The translations under genes and the position numbers were made by a program. Below the pieces are notes generated by a model. The model was not told the origin of the DNA and searched no databases. It saw only the letters and a list, made by a program, of their open reading frames with translations. A stretch of DNA of 64,000 nt from assembly GCA_036489885.1 (NCBI GenBank), contig DASXEW010000002.1, positions 32,111 to 96,110 of the forward strand, in the 5' to 3' direction. Source of the DNA: Vulcanimicrobiaceae bacterium. GTDB taxonomy: Bacteria; Vulcanimicrobiota; Vulcanimicrobiia; Vulcanimicrobiales; Vulcanimicrobiaceae. Shown here piece by piece: positions 27,987-39,943 of the stretch. Numbering within the stretch: position 1 is the first letter of the stretch; every line of letters begins with the position of its first letter.

Positions 27987-29399
27987 TCATGCTTTCTCCG
28001 TATTGACTTCGACCGCCGGCCGTACGAAAATGCGCGCGCCTTCGACACGCGTCACGGTGACGGCCGTTCCCGCTCCGACAAAATCGCCCTCGGTTAATAC
28101 CGGGATTCGCTTACCATCGATCGTAACAACGCCGGCCGGACGCAGATACGAAGTCGCTAGTCCCGTCTTCCCGACAAGCGTATGGTAGTCGGCCGATGCG
28201 ACATAATCCGAACCTTGTTCGGCAGCAAAAACGATCCGGCGCATCCATGCATTTTCGGGGAAAACGCGCGACGTTCCCCAAAACACGAGCGCGGACAAGA
28301 CGATCGCAATTGCAAGCGCTTGTGTGGTGACGAACACGAACGGCAAACCGCCGAACGCCAGGAAGACGGCCGCAATCAGCGCGACTGCACCTGCAATCCC
28401 TGAAATGCCGTGCCCCGGGAAGACGTGCAACTCGAGCATGATGAGCACGATGCCGGCAATGCCGAGCAAAATAACGAGCGTATTGCTGAACCCGGCGTAA
28501 ACGTGCGAGCCGAAGAACAGCGCAAGCGCAGCTGCACCGACCGCGCCGGCGATGCCGTGCAACGTTTGCAGCTCGATCAGAAACCCGAGAAATCCGAGCG
28601 ACAAGAGCATTCCACTCACCTCCGGATTTGTGGCGAAGCGGGCGAGCCGCTCGCCGAACGTGTACGCTGGCGTCACAATCGTTGCGCCGGCCAAACCGAA
28701 TTCTTTGAGCGCATCTTCTTGCGTCATCGCGATTCCGTCGCTGAAGTGCGCTCGCACCGCGTCGTCTGCCGTCAGGCTGAGTATCGCGCCGGGCTTCTTA
28801 TACGGAGGTACGGAGAGATTGGCGTCGACCATTCCGCCGGCGATGTTCGGATCGCGATGCGCGCGCTGCGCGGTCGATTCGAACTCGGCGCGCAGTGCCG
28901 AAACCGTTTTAGGCGTCTTCGGAATCGGCTCGGCCGCTCCGATACTCGAGCCCGGCGCCATCACGATCTTACCTGCGGCGAGCGTGATAAGAGCGCCGGC
29001 TGACCACGCGCGTTCCGAAACGTAGGCGTCGACCGGAATGCCGGCCGAGTACAAAGCATCGCGAATATTCGTCGCGGCATCGACCAAACCGCCGAAGGTG
29101 TTCACGTCGAGAACGATTGCCTTTGCATGATCGTCGCGCGCTTCGCTGACCGCGCGCTCAACCAGGTGTTCCATTCCGGTATCGATCGTGCCGTGGATCG
29201 GAATCACGACGACGCTCGCGCTCGTGTTCCCGAGCCCTAAGACCGGGACGAACGATAACAGCGATCCGAGCGTGACCAAGACAAGCGAGAAACGTCGCAC
29301 GCTAGGTTGTACCGGCCCTGAAGGCGTTAGTTTCCTGTTAAAAGGCGCTCCGGACCAGGCTCCGCGCCCTCCATGCTTCGCATGGCCCCCCCACACCAT
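27987..29399 (-). CDS. NfeD-family membrane-bound ClpP-class serine protease (YqeZ-like)
   Basis: ClpP-like periplasmic domain, multi-TM block and C-terminal OB (NfeD) domain. The ATG at 29399 is preceded by GGGAGGGAG. Confidence 0.8.
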   Translation of the reverse strand: MVWGGHAKHGGRGAWSGAPFNRKLTPSGPVQPSVRRFSLVLVTLGSLLSFVPVLGLGNTSASVVVIPIHGTIDTGMEHLVERAVSEARDDHAKAIVLDVNTFGGLVDAATNIRDALYSAGIPVDAYVSERAWSAGALITLAAGKIVMAPGSSIGAAEPIPKTPKTVSALRAEFESTAQRAHRDPNIAGGMVDANLSVPPYKKPGAILSLTADDAVRAHFSDGIAMTQEDALKEFGLAGATIVTPAYTFGERLARFATNPEVSGMLLSLGFLGFLIELQTLHGIAGAVGAAALALFFGSHVYAGFSNTLVILLGIAGIVLIMLELHVFPGHGISGIAGAVALIAAVFLAFGGLPFVFVTTQALAIAIVLSALVFWGTSRVFPENAWMRRIVFAAEQGSDYVASADYHTLVGKTGLATSYLRPAGVVTIDGKRIPVLTEGDFVGAGTAVTVTRVEGARIFVRPAVEVNTEKA

Positions 29400-29448
29400 C
29401 GCTCCCTCCCTACTACGAAGAGGCAACATTCCCCGAGGGGTCGCGTAA

Positions 29449-29889
29449 CTACCCTTGCTTCAATTCCTCGGTGACGATCTGGGCGACGAGCTTACCGTCG
29501 GCGACACCCTTCATCGCGGGCATGACCGCTTTCATGACGGCTCCTTGGTTGCGCGCCGTCCCCGCTCCCAACACGTCGCGAACGGAGGCCCTTATCTCGT
29601 CCGCCGTCTTCTGCTTTGGGAGGTAAGCGAGCAAGATCTCGCGCTCCCGCGCCTCTTTGTCCGCAAGCTCGGTACGGCCGGCCTTGGTGAACTCCTCGAT
29701 CGAGTCGCCCCGCTGTTTGACCGCCTTCGCGACAACGTCAAGCTCCTCGCTCTCCGTCAAGTCATGTCCGGCTTCGACGCGCCGATACGAAAAGCCGGAG
29801 AGCGCGGACCGCAACGTATCGCGGCGCAACGCATCTCCGGCTTTCATCGCAACTTTTAGATCGGCGCTAATCCGATCTTTTAGGCTCAA
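29449..29889 (-). CDS. GatB/YqeY-domain protein
   Basis: [19 protein letters not shown]... is the typical YqeY pattern. It overlaps the rpsU stop by 4 nt. Confidence 0.85.
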   Translation of the reverse strand: MSLKDRISADLKVAMKAGDALRRDTLRSALSGFSYRRVEAGHDLTESEELDVVAKAVKQRGDSIEEFTKAGRTELADKEAREREILLAYLPKQKTADEIRASVRDVLGAGTARNQGAVMKAVMPAMKGVADGKLVAQIVTEELKQG

Positions 29890-30056
29890 GCGCGACGCTT
29901 ACGAGCCGCCGCAGATTTCTTCTTACGGCGAACGCTCGGCTTTTCGTAATGCTCGTGCTTGCGCGCTTCAGCCAGAACGCCGGCCTTCTGGGTGGCTTTC
30001 TTGAAACGCCGCAACGCGCTTTCGATCGTCTCTCCCGGCGCAACGCGAACTTCCAT
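29886..30056 (-). CDS. rpsU: 30S ribosomal protein S21
   Basis: [20 protein letters not shown]...[14 protein letters not shown]. Confidence 0.9.
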   Translation of the reverse strand: MEVRVAPGETIESALRRFKKATQKAGVLAEARKHEHYEKPSVRRKKKSAAARKRRA

Positions 30057-30138
30057 GAACAACCCTCCCTTCCAATCGGCGCGGCTAAGCCGTCGCACAA
30101 AATTTTCGGTTCGAATGAACCCAAGCCCAGACTATACG

Positions 30139-30495
30139 TTATCCCGGGGGCCAGGTCAAATGCCGTCCCGCCAGGACGTGCAGATGCAGGTGGCTCACGG
30201 TTTGACCGCCGTCGGGTCCCTCGTTGATGACGACGCGATAGCCCTGTCCATCGCGCTGAAAGCGTCCGCCAACCTCGGCTGCAGCCGCCAAGAGCTTGGC
30301 CTTGAGATCGGGCAAGGCTTTGGCGTTGAACTCCGAGAGGTGATCGGCGTGCAGTGTTGGGACCACCAAGATGTGCGTCGGGGCTTGCGGATTTAAATCG
30401 TGAAATGCGACGACGTCCGCGTCGCGCAGCACTTCCCGCGCGGGTATGTCCCGGCGGATGATTTTACAAAAAATGCAATCCTCGGGGTCGCTCAC
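30139..30495 (-). CDS. HIT-family (histidine triad) nucleotide hydrolase/transferase
   Basis: HLHLHVL triad. The GTG start overlaps the stop of the upstream substrate-binding-protein gene. Confidence 0.9.
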   Translation of the reverse strand: MSDPEDCIFCKIIRRDIPAREVLRDADVVAFHDLNPQAPTHILVVPTLHADHLSEFNAKALPDLKAKLLAAAAEVGGRFQRDGQGYRVVINEGPDGGQTVSHLHLHVLAGRHLTWPPG

Positions 30496-32066
30496 GTCTT
30501 CGGTTTCATCAGCTGATACCAGATGACGTTGTTCGGATTCGGAACGACGCCCGTGATGTTCGATTTCATCGCGAACGGCACGGTCGTGTGGACGAGGGGA
30601 ATCGCCGGCGCCTCATCATGCACGAGCTGCAAAGCCTGCGCGTAGATCTTGGCGCGTTCGCTGTCGACGATCGTCGTTTGCCCCTCGAGCATCAGCTTAT
30701 GGAAGTTTTCGTCGCGCCAGAACGAGTAATTCTGGCCGCCCTTCACGGCTGAATCCTTATCGAGCAGCGGATAGAGGAAATTGTCCGGATCGCCATTGTC
30801 GCCGGTCCACCCGATCAAGCACATCGGATGCTCGCCGTTTTTGATCTTGCTGAGATACACTGCCCACTCGAACGGCTCGAGCGTCACGTTGACGCCGATC
30901 TGCCGTAAGTCGGCTTGAATCGCCTCGGCCACGCGTTGCGGCTCGGGCATGTACGGACGTGGCGCAGTTCCGTAATAGAGCTCCGTGCTAAAGCCCTTGC
31001 TCATTCCGGCAGCAGCCATCAGTGCTTTCGCCTTAGCGATGTCGTGCGGATAGGCTTTAACGGCGGGATTCCCTCCGAGCATCCCCGGAGGATTCCATTC
31101 GTTCGCGACCACGCCGCCGACCGGATAGAATGCGTGCACGATCGCGGGGATGTCGATCGCATATGCAATCGCTTGACGAATGCGCCGATCGGCAAATGGT
31201 TTCTTGTCCATGTTCATCGCCAGATACGAAACGTTGTTCGAGGGCTGGCGATAGATGGTGATGTTCTTGAACTTGGCAAGATTCGTCGCGTCGTCGGGCC
31301 GCAGATCCGAAAGGCCGTCGATGTCACCCTTCTGCAGTTCGAGCACGCTCGTTGCCTGATCCGGAATGTCGCGAATCACGACGGTCGTATATGCCGGCGC
31401 CGGACGGTAGCCCGGATTCGCGCGCAGCGTAATGTGGTCGTCTTTTACCCACTCGCCGAGCTCGTAGGGTCCGCTCCCGACGGGATGATGATCGAACGCG
31501 ACGATGTCCGCCTTAATCGCGGTCGGCGAACCGATTGCGAACGACGGCATCGCAAGATTCCGCAAGAAGGGACCGTACGGACGCGTCAACTTGAACGTGA
31601 CCTTTTGCGCGCCGTCCACCTGCACGTCGGATATTAGGCCCGGAAATCCGCCGAACTCCGCGACGTAGTACGAAAACTGATAGTTGCCGCGATACTGATT
31701 CGTCGTCAGTCGCCAGCGGTCGAAATTGAACTTGACTGCCTCGGCGTCGAGCGGCGTGCCGTCCGTGAACTTCAGGTTCGGTCGCAACAAGAACGTCCAC
31801 GTCTTGCCGTCTTTGCTGGTCGTCCACTTTTCCGCGATATCCGGAACGACGTCGAACGAGCCGGGACGAAAAGCGACGAGACCCTCCAAGATGAGGTTCG
31901 TCACGTTGAGAGAGAGCCCATCGGTCGCAACGGCCGGATCGAGATCGACCGCATCCTTTACCCGGGCAAAGATCATTGCCGGGGGCCCTGCCGCTCTCAC
32001 CGGACGAGTCAGCGTAACCGAAGTCAAGATCAGAACGGCGCCAAGCGCGCAAAGCAATCGTTTCAT
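30492..32066 (-). CDS. family-5 solute-binding protein (OppA/DppA-like), orphan
   Basis: Signal peptide and SBP_bac_5-like sequence, 524 aa. No cognate permease or ATPase gene is adjacent. Confidence 0.8.
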   Translation of the reverse strand: MKRLLCALGAVLILTSVTLTRPVRAAGPPAMIFARVKDAVDLDPAVATDGLSLNVTNLILEGLVAFRPGSFDVVPDIAEKWTTSKDGKTWTFLLRPNLKFTDGTPLDAEAVKFNFDRWRLTTNQYRGNYQFSYYVAEFGGFPGLISDVQVDGAQKVTFKLTRPYGPFLRNLAMPSFAIGSPTAIKADIVAFDHHPVGSGPYELGEWVKDDHITLRANPGYRPAPAYTTVVIRDIPDQATSVLELQKGDIDGLSDLRPDDATNLAKFKNITIYRQPSNNVSYLAMNMDKKPFADRRIRQAIAYAIDIPAIVHAFYPVGGVVANEWNPPGMLGGNPAVKAYPHDIAKAKALMAAAGMSKGFSTELYYGTAPRPYMPEPQRVAEAIQADLRQIGVNVTLEPFEWAVYLSKIKNGEHPMCLIGWTGDNGDPDNFLYPLLDKDSAVKGGQNYSFWRDENFHKLMLEGQTTIVDSERAKIYAQALQLVHDEAPAIPLVHTTVPFAMKSNITGVVPNPNNVIWYQLMKPKT

Positions 32067-33616
32067 CGTGTTTGAATTGTGAATGTCCAGGATCTGGACA
32101 CTTCATTTCCTGCGAAGTCGGCGACCGCAACCGAGACGTTCACTTGACCGTCGGGAAGCGGAGCGCCGGATGTGTACGTAACGAACGATGAGGTTCTCGT
32201 TACCGAACTGGTCACATCCTTGCCGTTGACCCTGAGCATGACTGAGTTCGGATCGATGCCGAGGTCGGTGGGTGCCGCAAACGTCGCGTAGATGCTGGGC
32301 TTGTTGTTGTTCACGACCTGCCCGCTTGAAGGTGCAATATCGGTAATCTGTGGCGCGATTGTTGCCGCCGAGATCTTGTTCACGGCCTCTTGCGTCGCCG
32401 CGATGCCTCCGACTGCCAGGTGTCCGTAAACCGGCATCTGCGCGAAATTCATGCCGGCCGGGACCGTGAGACTTCCGGCATAAACGCCCGGCGACTCTTC
32501 CCGCATTGCGAGTCCCGTGATAAAGGAGCCGAGATCGAAGGTCGCACGCCCGCCGGGCGTCCCGCGCAGCGCGAACGTGAACTTCTCTCCGAGGCGCAAC
32601 GGTCGAAGCGGTTCTGCCGTGAAGCTTACGATGTTGACGGTCGTTGCGGTTTGCGCGGAAGCTGCAGGCGCAGGCGTCGCCGGGCTTACTGCGATGAGCT
32701 CGCGCGTCTCGCCGGTTTGCGGATTCATCCTCTGTGTCACGATGTCGCCGACGTGCAAATCCGAAAGCGCGGCCGGTTTATCGTCGAGGATGATCGTCGT
32801 CGTATGATCCGGCGTGGCCACGCGACCGGAATCCAGAACGATCGACGTCCCGGAAACGGCTGCGATCGTTCCGACGCGCGAACCGTAGAGGTCCTCGACG
32901 AGCGCGACTGTCCCGTCAGAGTTCACCGTTACCGAAACGGCGTCGCCGACGTGGAGATCGCTGAGCTCGGCATGTTGTTCGGTGCGCGCGACGACGTCGC
33001 TGAGGACGATCCGCGCGCCGGAGTTGATCGCGATAGTCCTCACCGAGTCGCGATATGTTACCGTCAGCGACGGCGGTTCCGAAACCGAATCGATCGCTGT
33101 TAGATTGCCGGTAATCCTCACCTTGCCGTCGCCGACGTTCTGTGAAGGCGTCAGACGACGAATCAGCGTCGATGCGATGACGACTTGCCGTGCGTGCGAA
33201 TCGTACGACGCATTCGCCCCAAGCACGTCGACGAGGAGATCGAGTGGGACGTACGTAGTCGCATCGATCTCCATGGGCGCGACGTCGAGAAAGATCTGAA
33301 GGCGTCCGACGTATGCACGCCGGCTGCCCTCCGTAAGGCGGATCGTCTGGGCGGGTGCTTCGGCGACGAGCACCTTGCCGTGGCGGGAAACGGGAATAGC
33401 AAGCGCGCTGAAAATGCGCACGATCGGAACCATGATACGCCCCGCCACGATACGCGGGCCCGGATGCGGCGCAAGCTGCTGACCATTGACGACGATTGCG
33501 ATGTTGCGCTCGGGAAAACGCGCGTGCTTATGTGCCGTAGCACCGAACGCGGCGCCGATGCTCAAAGCCATCACGATGGCGGCGCTTGCAAGAGCAATAC
33601 TCTTGCGCTGTATCAC
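32063..33616 (-). CDS. secreted multi-domain surface protein (copper-amine-oxidase-N-like stalk domain, two beta-barrel repeats, Ig-like C-terminal domains)
   Basis: The GTG at 33616 overlaps the stop of the upstream GT4 gene (GTGA). Signal peptide. IAIVVNGQQL...RIMVPIVRIFSAL matches the CuAO_N pattern. The LSDLHVGD-containing unit occurs twice. Confidence 0.65.
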   Translation of the reverse strand: MIQRKSIALASAAIVMALSIGAAFGATAHKHARFPERNIAIVVNGQQLAPHPGPRIVAGRIMVPIVRIFSALAIPVSRHGKVLVAEAPAQTIRLTEGSRRAYVGRLQIFLDVAPMEIDATTYVPLDLLVDVLGANASYDSHARQVVIASTLIRRLTPSQNVGDGKVRITGNLTAIDSVSEPPSLTVTYRDSVRTIAINSGARIVLSDVVARTEQHAELSDLHVGDAVSVTVNSDGTVALVEDLYGSRVGTIAAVSGTSIVLDSGRVATPDHTTTIILDDKPAALSDLHVGDIVTQRMNPQTGETRELIAVSPATPAPAASAQTATTVNIVSFTAEPLRPLRLGEKFTFALRGTPGGRATFDLGSFITGLAMREESPGVYAGSLTVPAGMNFAQMPVYGHLAVGGIAATQEAVNKISAATIAPQITDIAPSSGQVVNNNKPSIYATFAAPTDLGIDPNSVMLRVNGKDVTSSVTRTSSFVTYTSGAPLPDGQVNVSVAVADFAGNEVSRSWTFTIQTR

Positions 33617-34611
33617 GTGTCCAGGTCGTCCTCCAGGGTTTCGCGATAGACGGCGGCCACTTTGGTTGCGAAGCGGTCCCATGTATAGTCTCGCGCGATC
33701 TCTTCACCTTCGATCGCAAGCCCTCGAAGCCGCTGCGGTGAACGCACGACTTCTTCTAAAAGAGAACGCAACGCCGGGACACTCAGTGCCTCGAAGCGTC
33801 CGACGAACGCTTTGAGAAAGCCCGGATACGCATCCTCCGCAGCGATGACCGGGACGCGCCGGACGATTGCCTCGAGTACGGGTAAACCGAAACCTTCGGC
33901 AAGTGAGGGCTGAATGAGCGCCGTTGCACCGCGAATCGCGGCTGCGGTTTCTTCCGCGGACAAATCACCGAGGTAAACCAGTTTGCGTCCGCCGTGACGT
34001 GGCGGCAGCTCTACGTCCGCAACCCCGGTCAACGCAAGATCGATGTCGACGTCCGGCGGGAGCGCGTCCCAAGCCGCGACCATCGTTGCGAGATTCTTAT
34101 GCGCACGATGGTTCCCCACGTAGAGCAGGTAGCGCTGACCGACTCGCGGCGGGACATCGACCAACGCCGGATCGTAGCCAAGCGCGATCACGCGTATGCG
34201 CTCGCGGCCAACGTTGAAGAACCGCTCGAGATCGTCGCGCGTTCGCCAATCGCCGACGAGCAGCCGCGCTGCACCGTTGATGAGCCGCCGCACAAAAATC
34301 GAATAGTATGCGCCCGTCGTCAGTGAGAACAAATGCGGGTAGCGCAAATGAATCAGGTCGTGAATCGTAACGACGTACTTCTTCGGTAGAACGACCGGAG
34401 CGAAAATTGTCGGAAAATGCACGAGATCGGAATATCTCGATGCAAACGGAATCTCGACTTGCTCGGTAAAGGAAAAATTCTCGCCGCGCCCGACCGTGCG
34501 CACCGTGATGTCGGGCGCGACGTTCGGCAAGCGGTTTGCTAGTTCGCGCACGTACGCAACCATCCCGGCCGACATGCGCCGCGTCTCGCGCGCGTCGAGT
34601 AAGACGTTCAT
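33613..34611 (-). CDS. glycosyltransferase family 4 (GT-B)
   Basis: C-terminal EGFGLPVLEA motif. Paralogous to the next gene. ATGA overlap. Confidence 0.85.
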   Translation of the reverse strand: MNVLLDARETRRMSAGMVAYVRELANRLPNVAPDITVRTVGRGENFSFTEQVEIPFASRYSDLVHFPTIFAPVVLPKKYVVTIHDLIHLRYPHLFSLTTGAYYSIFVRRLINGAARLLVGDWRTRDDLERFFNVGRERIRVIALGYDPALVDVPPRVGQRYLLYVGNHRAHKNLATMVAAWDALPPDVDIDLALTGVADVELPPRHGGRKLVYLGDLSAEETAAAIRGATALIQPSLAEGFGLPVLEAIVRRVPVIAAEDAYPGFLKAFVGRFEALSVPALRSLLEEVVRSPQRLRGLAIEGEEIARDYTWDRFATKVAAVYRETLEDDLDT

Positions 34612-35587
34612 AGGAAACGCCTGTAAACGTTTGCGGTCAGACTTGCGCAGTGATCCCAGGTCAAATTTGCCGTCTCGCGTTGCGCACGCTGTGTTTGCTC
34701 GCTCAGCTCGCCGCGCAGCGCGCTTTCGATCGCGCCCGTGAGCGCTCGAACGTCGCCGGGCACGAAACTCCGCACGTGCTTCCGCAACACGTCGGGGACG
34801 GAAGTCTGTGCGCAGATCACGGGCGTTCCCACGCGTACCGCCTCCAAGAGCGGCAAGCCGAATCCTTCCCGCAGCGCCGCGTGCACGAGCGCCCGCGCTC
34901 CTTTCATCCAGCGCAGGACATCCGCGTGCGCCAGCTCACCCGCGAAAACGACGCTGCCGCGCTCGCGGCGCGGGATATGAAGGTCGGCGAGCTGGGGTCC
35001 CGTCAGAACCAGATCGAGCTCCATCTGCGGATCGACCGCATGCCAAGCGGCAACGATCGTTTTCAGGTCTTTGTGAGGCCGCCGGTTGCCCGCGTAAATC
35101 ACAAACGGTACCGTGCGGCGGATCGGATCGACATCCGGAACATCGACGCCAAGTGGCACAACGGCGATGCGAGCGGGATCCAATTCGTAAAACCGGACGA
35201 GGTCGTCCGCCGTAGCGCGATCGTCGGTGATAACGCAGCGCGCACCTCGCGCGGCACGGCGTACCGCAACACCGAAGTACCAGCGTGCTTTCGGTTTCGT
35301 CCATTGGGGGAAATTGAGATCGATCAAGTCGTGGATCGTCATGACGTACGGCGCAGGTATGACGAGTGGCGTGAACGGCGTGGGAATATGGACGAGATGC
35401 GGATGCATCCGCGCGATCTGTAGCGGCATTGCCGCTTGCTCGCCCCAATCAAAGTTGTCCCCGCTTCCGAAGGTCGCAAACTGTAGCTCCGGAGCGACTC
35501 GCGGCAGACGCGCGGCGAGCTCTGCGACGTACTGTCGCATGCCGATCGACATGTGCGAGGTTTCGCGCCGATCGAAAGCAACGTCGA

Positions 35588-35591
<4 letters not shown>
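34608..35591 (-). CDS. glycosyltransferase family 4 (GT-B), paralog
   Basis: The ATG at 35591 overlaps the GT2 stop (ATGA). MIDVAFDRRETSHMSIGMRQYV parallels MNVLLDARETRRMSAGMVAYV in its neighbour. EGFGLPLLEA motif. Confidence 0.85.
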
Positions 35592-38016
<2,425 letters not shown>

Positions 38017-38051
38017 CTAATGTTCGCGGGGAAGCGGCCTCGCGCCTTTCG

Positions 38052-39125
38052 TTGCAGAAGCATCGCCGCATGCGACGACCGTATCCGACCACGATTGCCG
38101 GTAGCCTCCCCAAGCCGTCCTGGCTCGCCGAAACCGAACGGCTTTGGCCGGCTTGGCGCCTCGAGGGTGACGAGCTGGAGCCGGCGATCCGCGACGCCAC
38201 GCGTATCGCGATTTTCGAGCAAGCCCGTGCGGGAATCGATCTCGTCACGGATGGCGAGCAATCGCGTCAGCATTTCGTGCATGGCTTTCTTGCGGGCGTC
38301 GCGGGCGTTGATTTCACGAAGAAAGTGAAGCGCGGCATTCGCGCCGACCGGTACGAAGCCGAATGCCCGAGCATCACCGGCCCGGTGAGCCGCCGCGTCC
38401 CGATTTTCGTCGACGACGTGCGTTTTGCAAAATCGCTCGGCCAAAGTGTGAAAATTACGATTCCCGGCCCAATGACGATCGTCGATACGCTCTACGACGC
38501 GCACTATGCGGATCGAAAGACAGCGGCGCTCGCGTTCGCGAAGGTCATCCGCCAAGAAGCCGAAGAGCTGATCGCGGCCGGCGTCGACGCAGTTCAGCTC
38601 GATGAGCCCGCCTTCAACGTTTATTTCGAGGAAGTCGAGGACTGGGGCATCGCCGCGCTCGAGGCCGCATTCGGCGGCTTGAGCGTGATCAAAGCCGTTC
38701 ATATTTGTTACGGTTATGGCATCGAAGCCAACAACAATTGGAAAAAATCGCTCGGCACCGAGTGGGATCAGTACGCGCAGCTCTTCCCCTTCCTCTCGCA
38801 AAGCTGCGTCGATCAGGTCAGTATCGAGCTCGCCGGCTCACGCGTTCCACCCGAAGTCCTCTCGCTCTTACGAAACAAGGATGCCGCGATCGGCGTCATC
38901 GACGTCGCGAGCGATCGCGTTGAAACCGCGCAAGATGTGCTCGCCACGATTCGCCTCGCGGAAAAATATCTGCCCATGGAACGCATCTGGTGTTCGACCA
39001 ACTGCGGGATGGCACCGATGCGCCGCGACATTGCATACGCGAAACTGCAAGCCCTCGGCACCGGCGCCGAGTTGGCGCGAGATCACGCGATGCTTGCTAC
39101 GATGAAACGTTCCAGTCCGGCGTAA
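38052..39125 (+). CDS. cobalamin-independent methionine-synthase-like protein (MetE C-terminal-domain family, COG0620)
   Basis: TTIAGSLPKPSWL, DGEQSRQHF and HICYGY motifs. The start is either 38052 or the ATG at 38070. Confidence 0.75.
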   Translation: MQKHRRMRRPYPTTIAGSLPKPSWLAETERLWPAWRLEGDELEPAIRDATRIAIFEQARAGIDLVTDGEQSRQHFVHGFLAGVAGVDFTKKVKRGIRADRYEAECPSITGPVSRRVPIFVDDVRFAKSLGQSVKITIPGPMTIVDTLYDAHYADRKTAALAFAKVIRQEAEELIAAGVDAVQLDEPAFNVYFEEVEDWGIAALEAAFGGLSVIKAVHICYGYGIEANNNWKKSLGTEWDQYAQLFPFLSQSCVDQVSIELAGSRVPPEVLSLLRNKDAAIGVIDVASDRVETAQDVLATIRLAEKYLPMERIWCSTNCGMAPMRRDIAYAKLQALGTGAELARDHAMLATMKRSSPA

Positions 39126-39943
39126 TCGGTTCCGACCTCGATCCGCACATCGTGCAGTGACCCTTTGACGAGCCCAGCAAGAAGATAGATCGTGGCCGGC
39201 GCGGCTTCGAGCACCACGCTTCCGCCGGGAGCGAGGAGCTCGCTCAAGTGCGAGGTCAAGCGCCGGTAGACGTCCAGCCCGTCCGGTCCGCCGTCTACAG
39301 CGACCGGTGGCTCGTACGCGACCGGATCCGGCGGCAGCGGTACGTCGGCGGTTGGAACGTAGGGCAAATTTGCGACGATGCAGTCAAAGCGCTGCGCCGG
39401 CGTTCCTTTAAAGACGTCACATTGAACGAAATCGACGAGTTCCGTCACTTGTAGCGCGCGTGCGTTTCGGGCCGCAACGTCAAGCGCGTCGCGGCTGATA
39501 TCGGTTGCCGTCACGTGCAATCCCGTCACCTCGAGTGCGAGCGTAATGGCGAGCACGCCGCTGCCGGTACCCACGTCGAGCGCGCGCGTTCCCTTGTTCG
39601 CGCGTAGTGCGTCGATCGCCGCGCTAGCCGCGTGTTCGGTCTCGGGACGCGGGACGAGCACGCGCTCGTCGACATAGAATTCGCGTCCGTAAAATCCGCA
39701 GAGGTGCGTAAGATACGGTATCGGAACGCCCCGCATCCGCTCGTCGAGGAGCAGACCGAAAGCGTCGAGATGCTCCCGTGTGAGTTCCTCGTCGCCGTGT
39801 GCGAGCATCCAGGCGTGATCGACGCCGAGAATCTGCCCGAGCAGCGCTTGCGCGTCGGGGCGGGCGGATTCGCGAACTCCCTCTGCCGCTTGTCCTGAAC
39901 GCAACCGCATGATGCCGACGGCTAAGGCCGAGGCAACGGTCAC
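39083..39943 (-). CDS. prmC: release-factor glutamine N5-methyltransferase PrmC (HemK)
   Basis: DVGTGSG and NLPYV (NPPY-type) motifs. It overlaps the prfA stop. Confidence 0.9.
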   Translation of the reverse strand: MTVASALAVGIMRLRSGQAAEGVRESARPDAQALLGQILGVDHAWMLAHGDEELTREHLDAFGLLLDERMRGVPIPYLTHLCGFYGREFYVDERVLVPRPETEHAASAAIDALRANKGTRALDVGTGSGVLAITLALEVTGLHVTATDISRDALDVAARNARALQVTELVDFVQCDVFKGTPAQRFDCIVANLPYVPTADVPLPPDPVAYEPPVAVDGGPDGLDVYRRLTSHLSELLAPGGSVVLEAAPATIYLLAGLVKGSLHDVRIEVGTDYAGLERFIVASIA

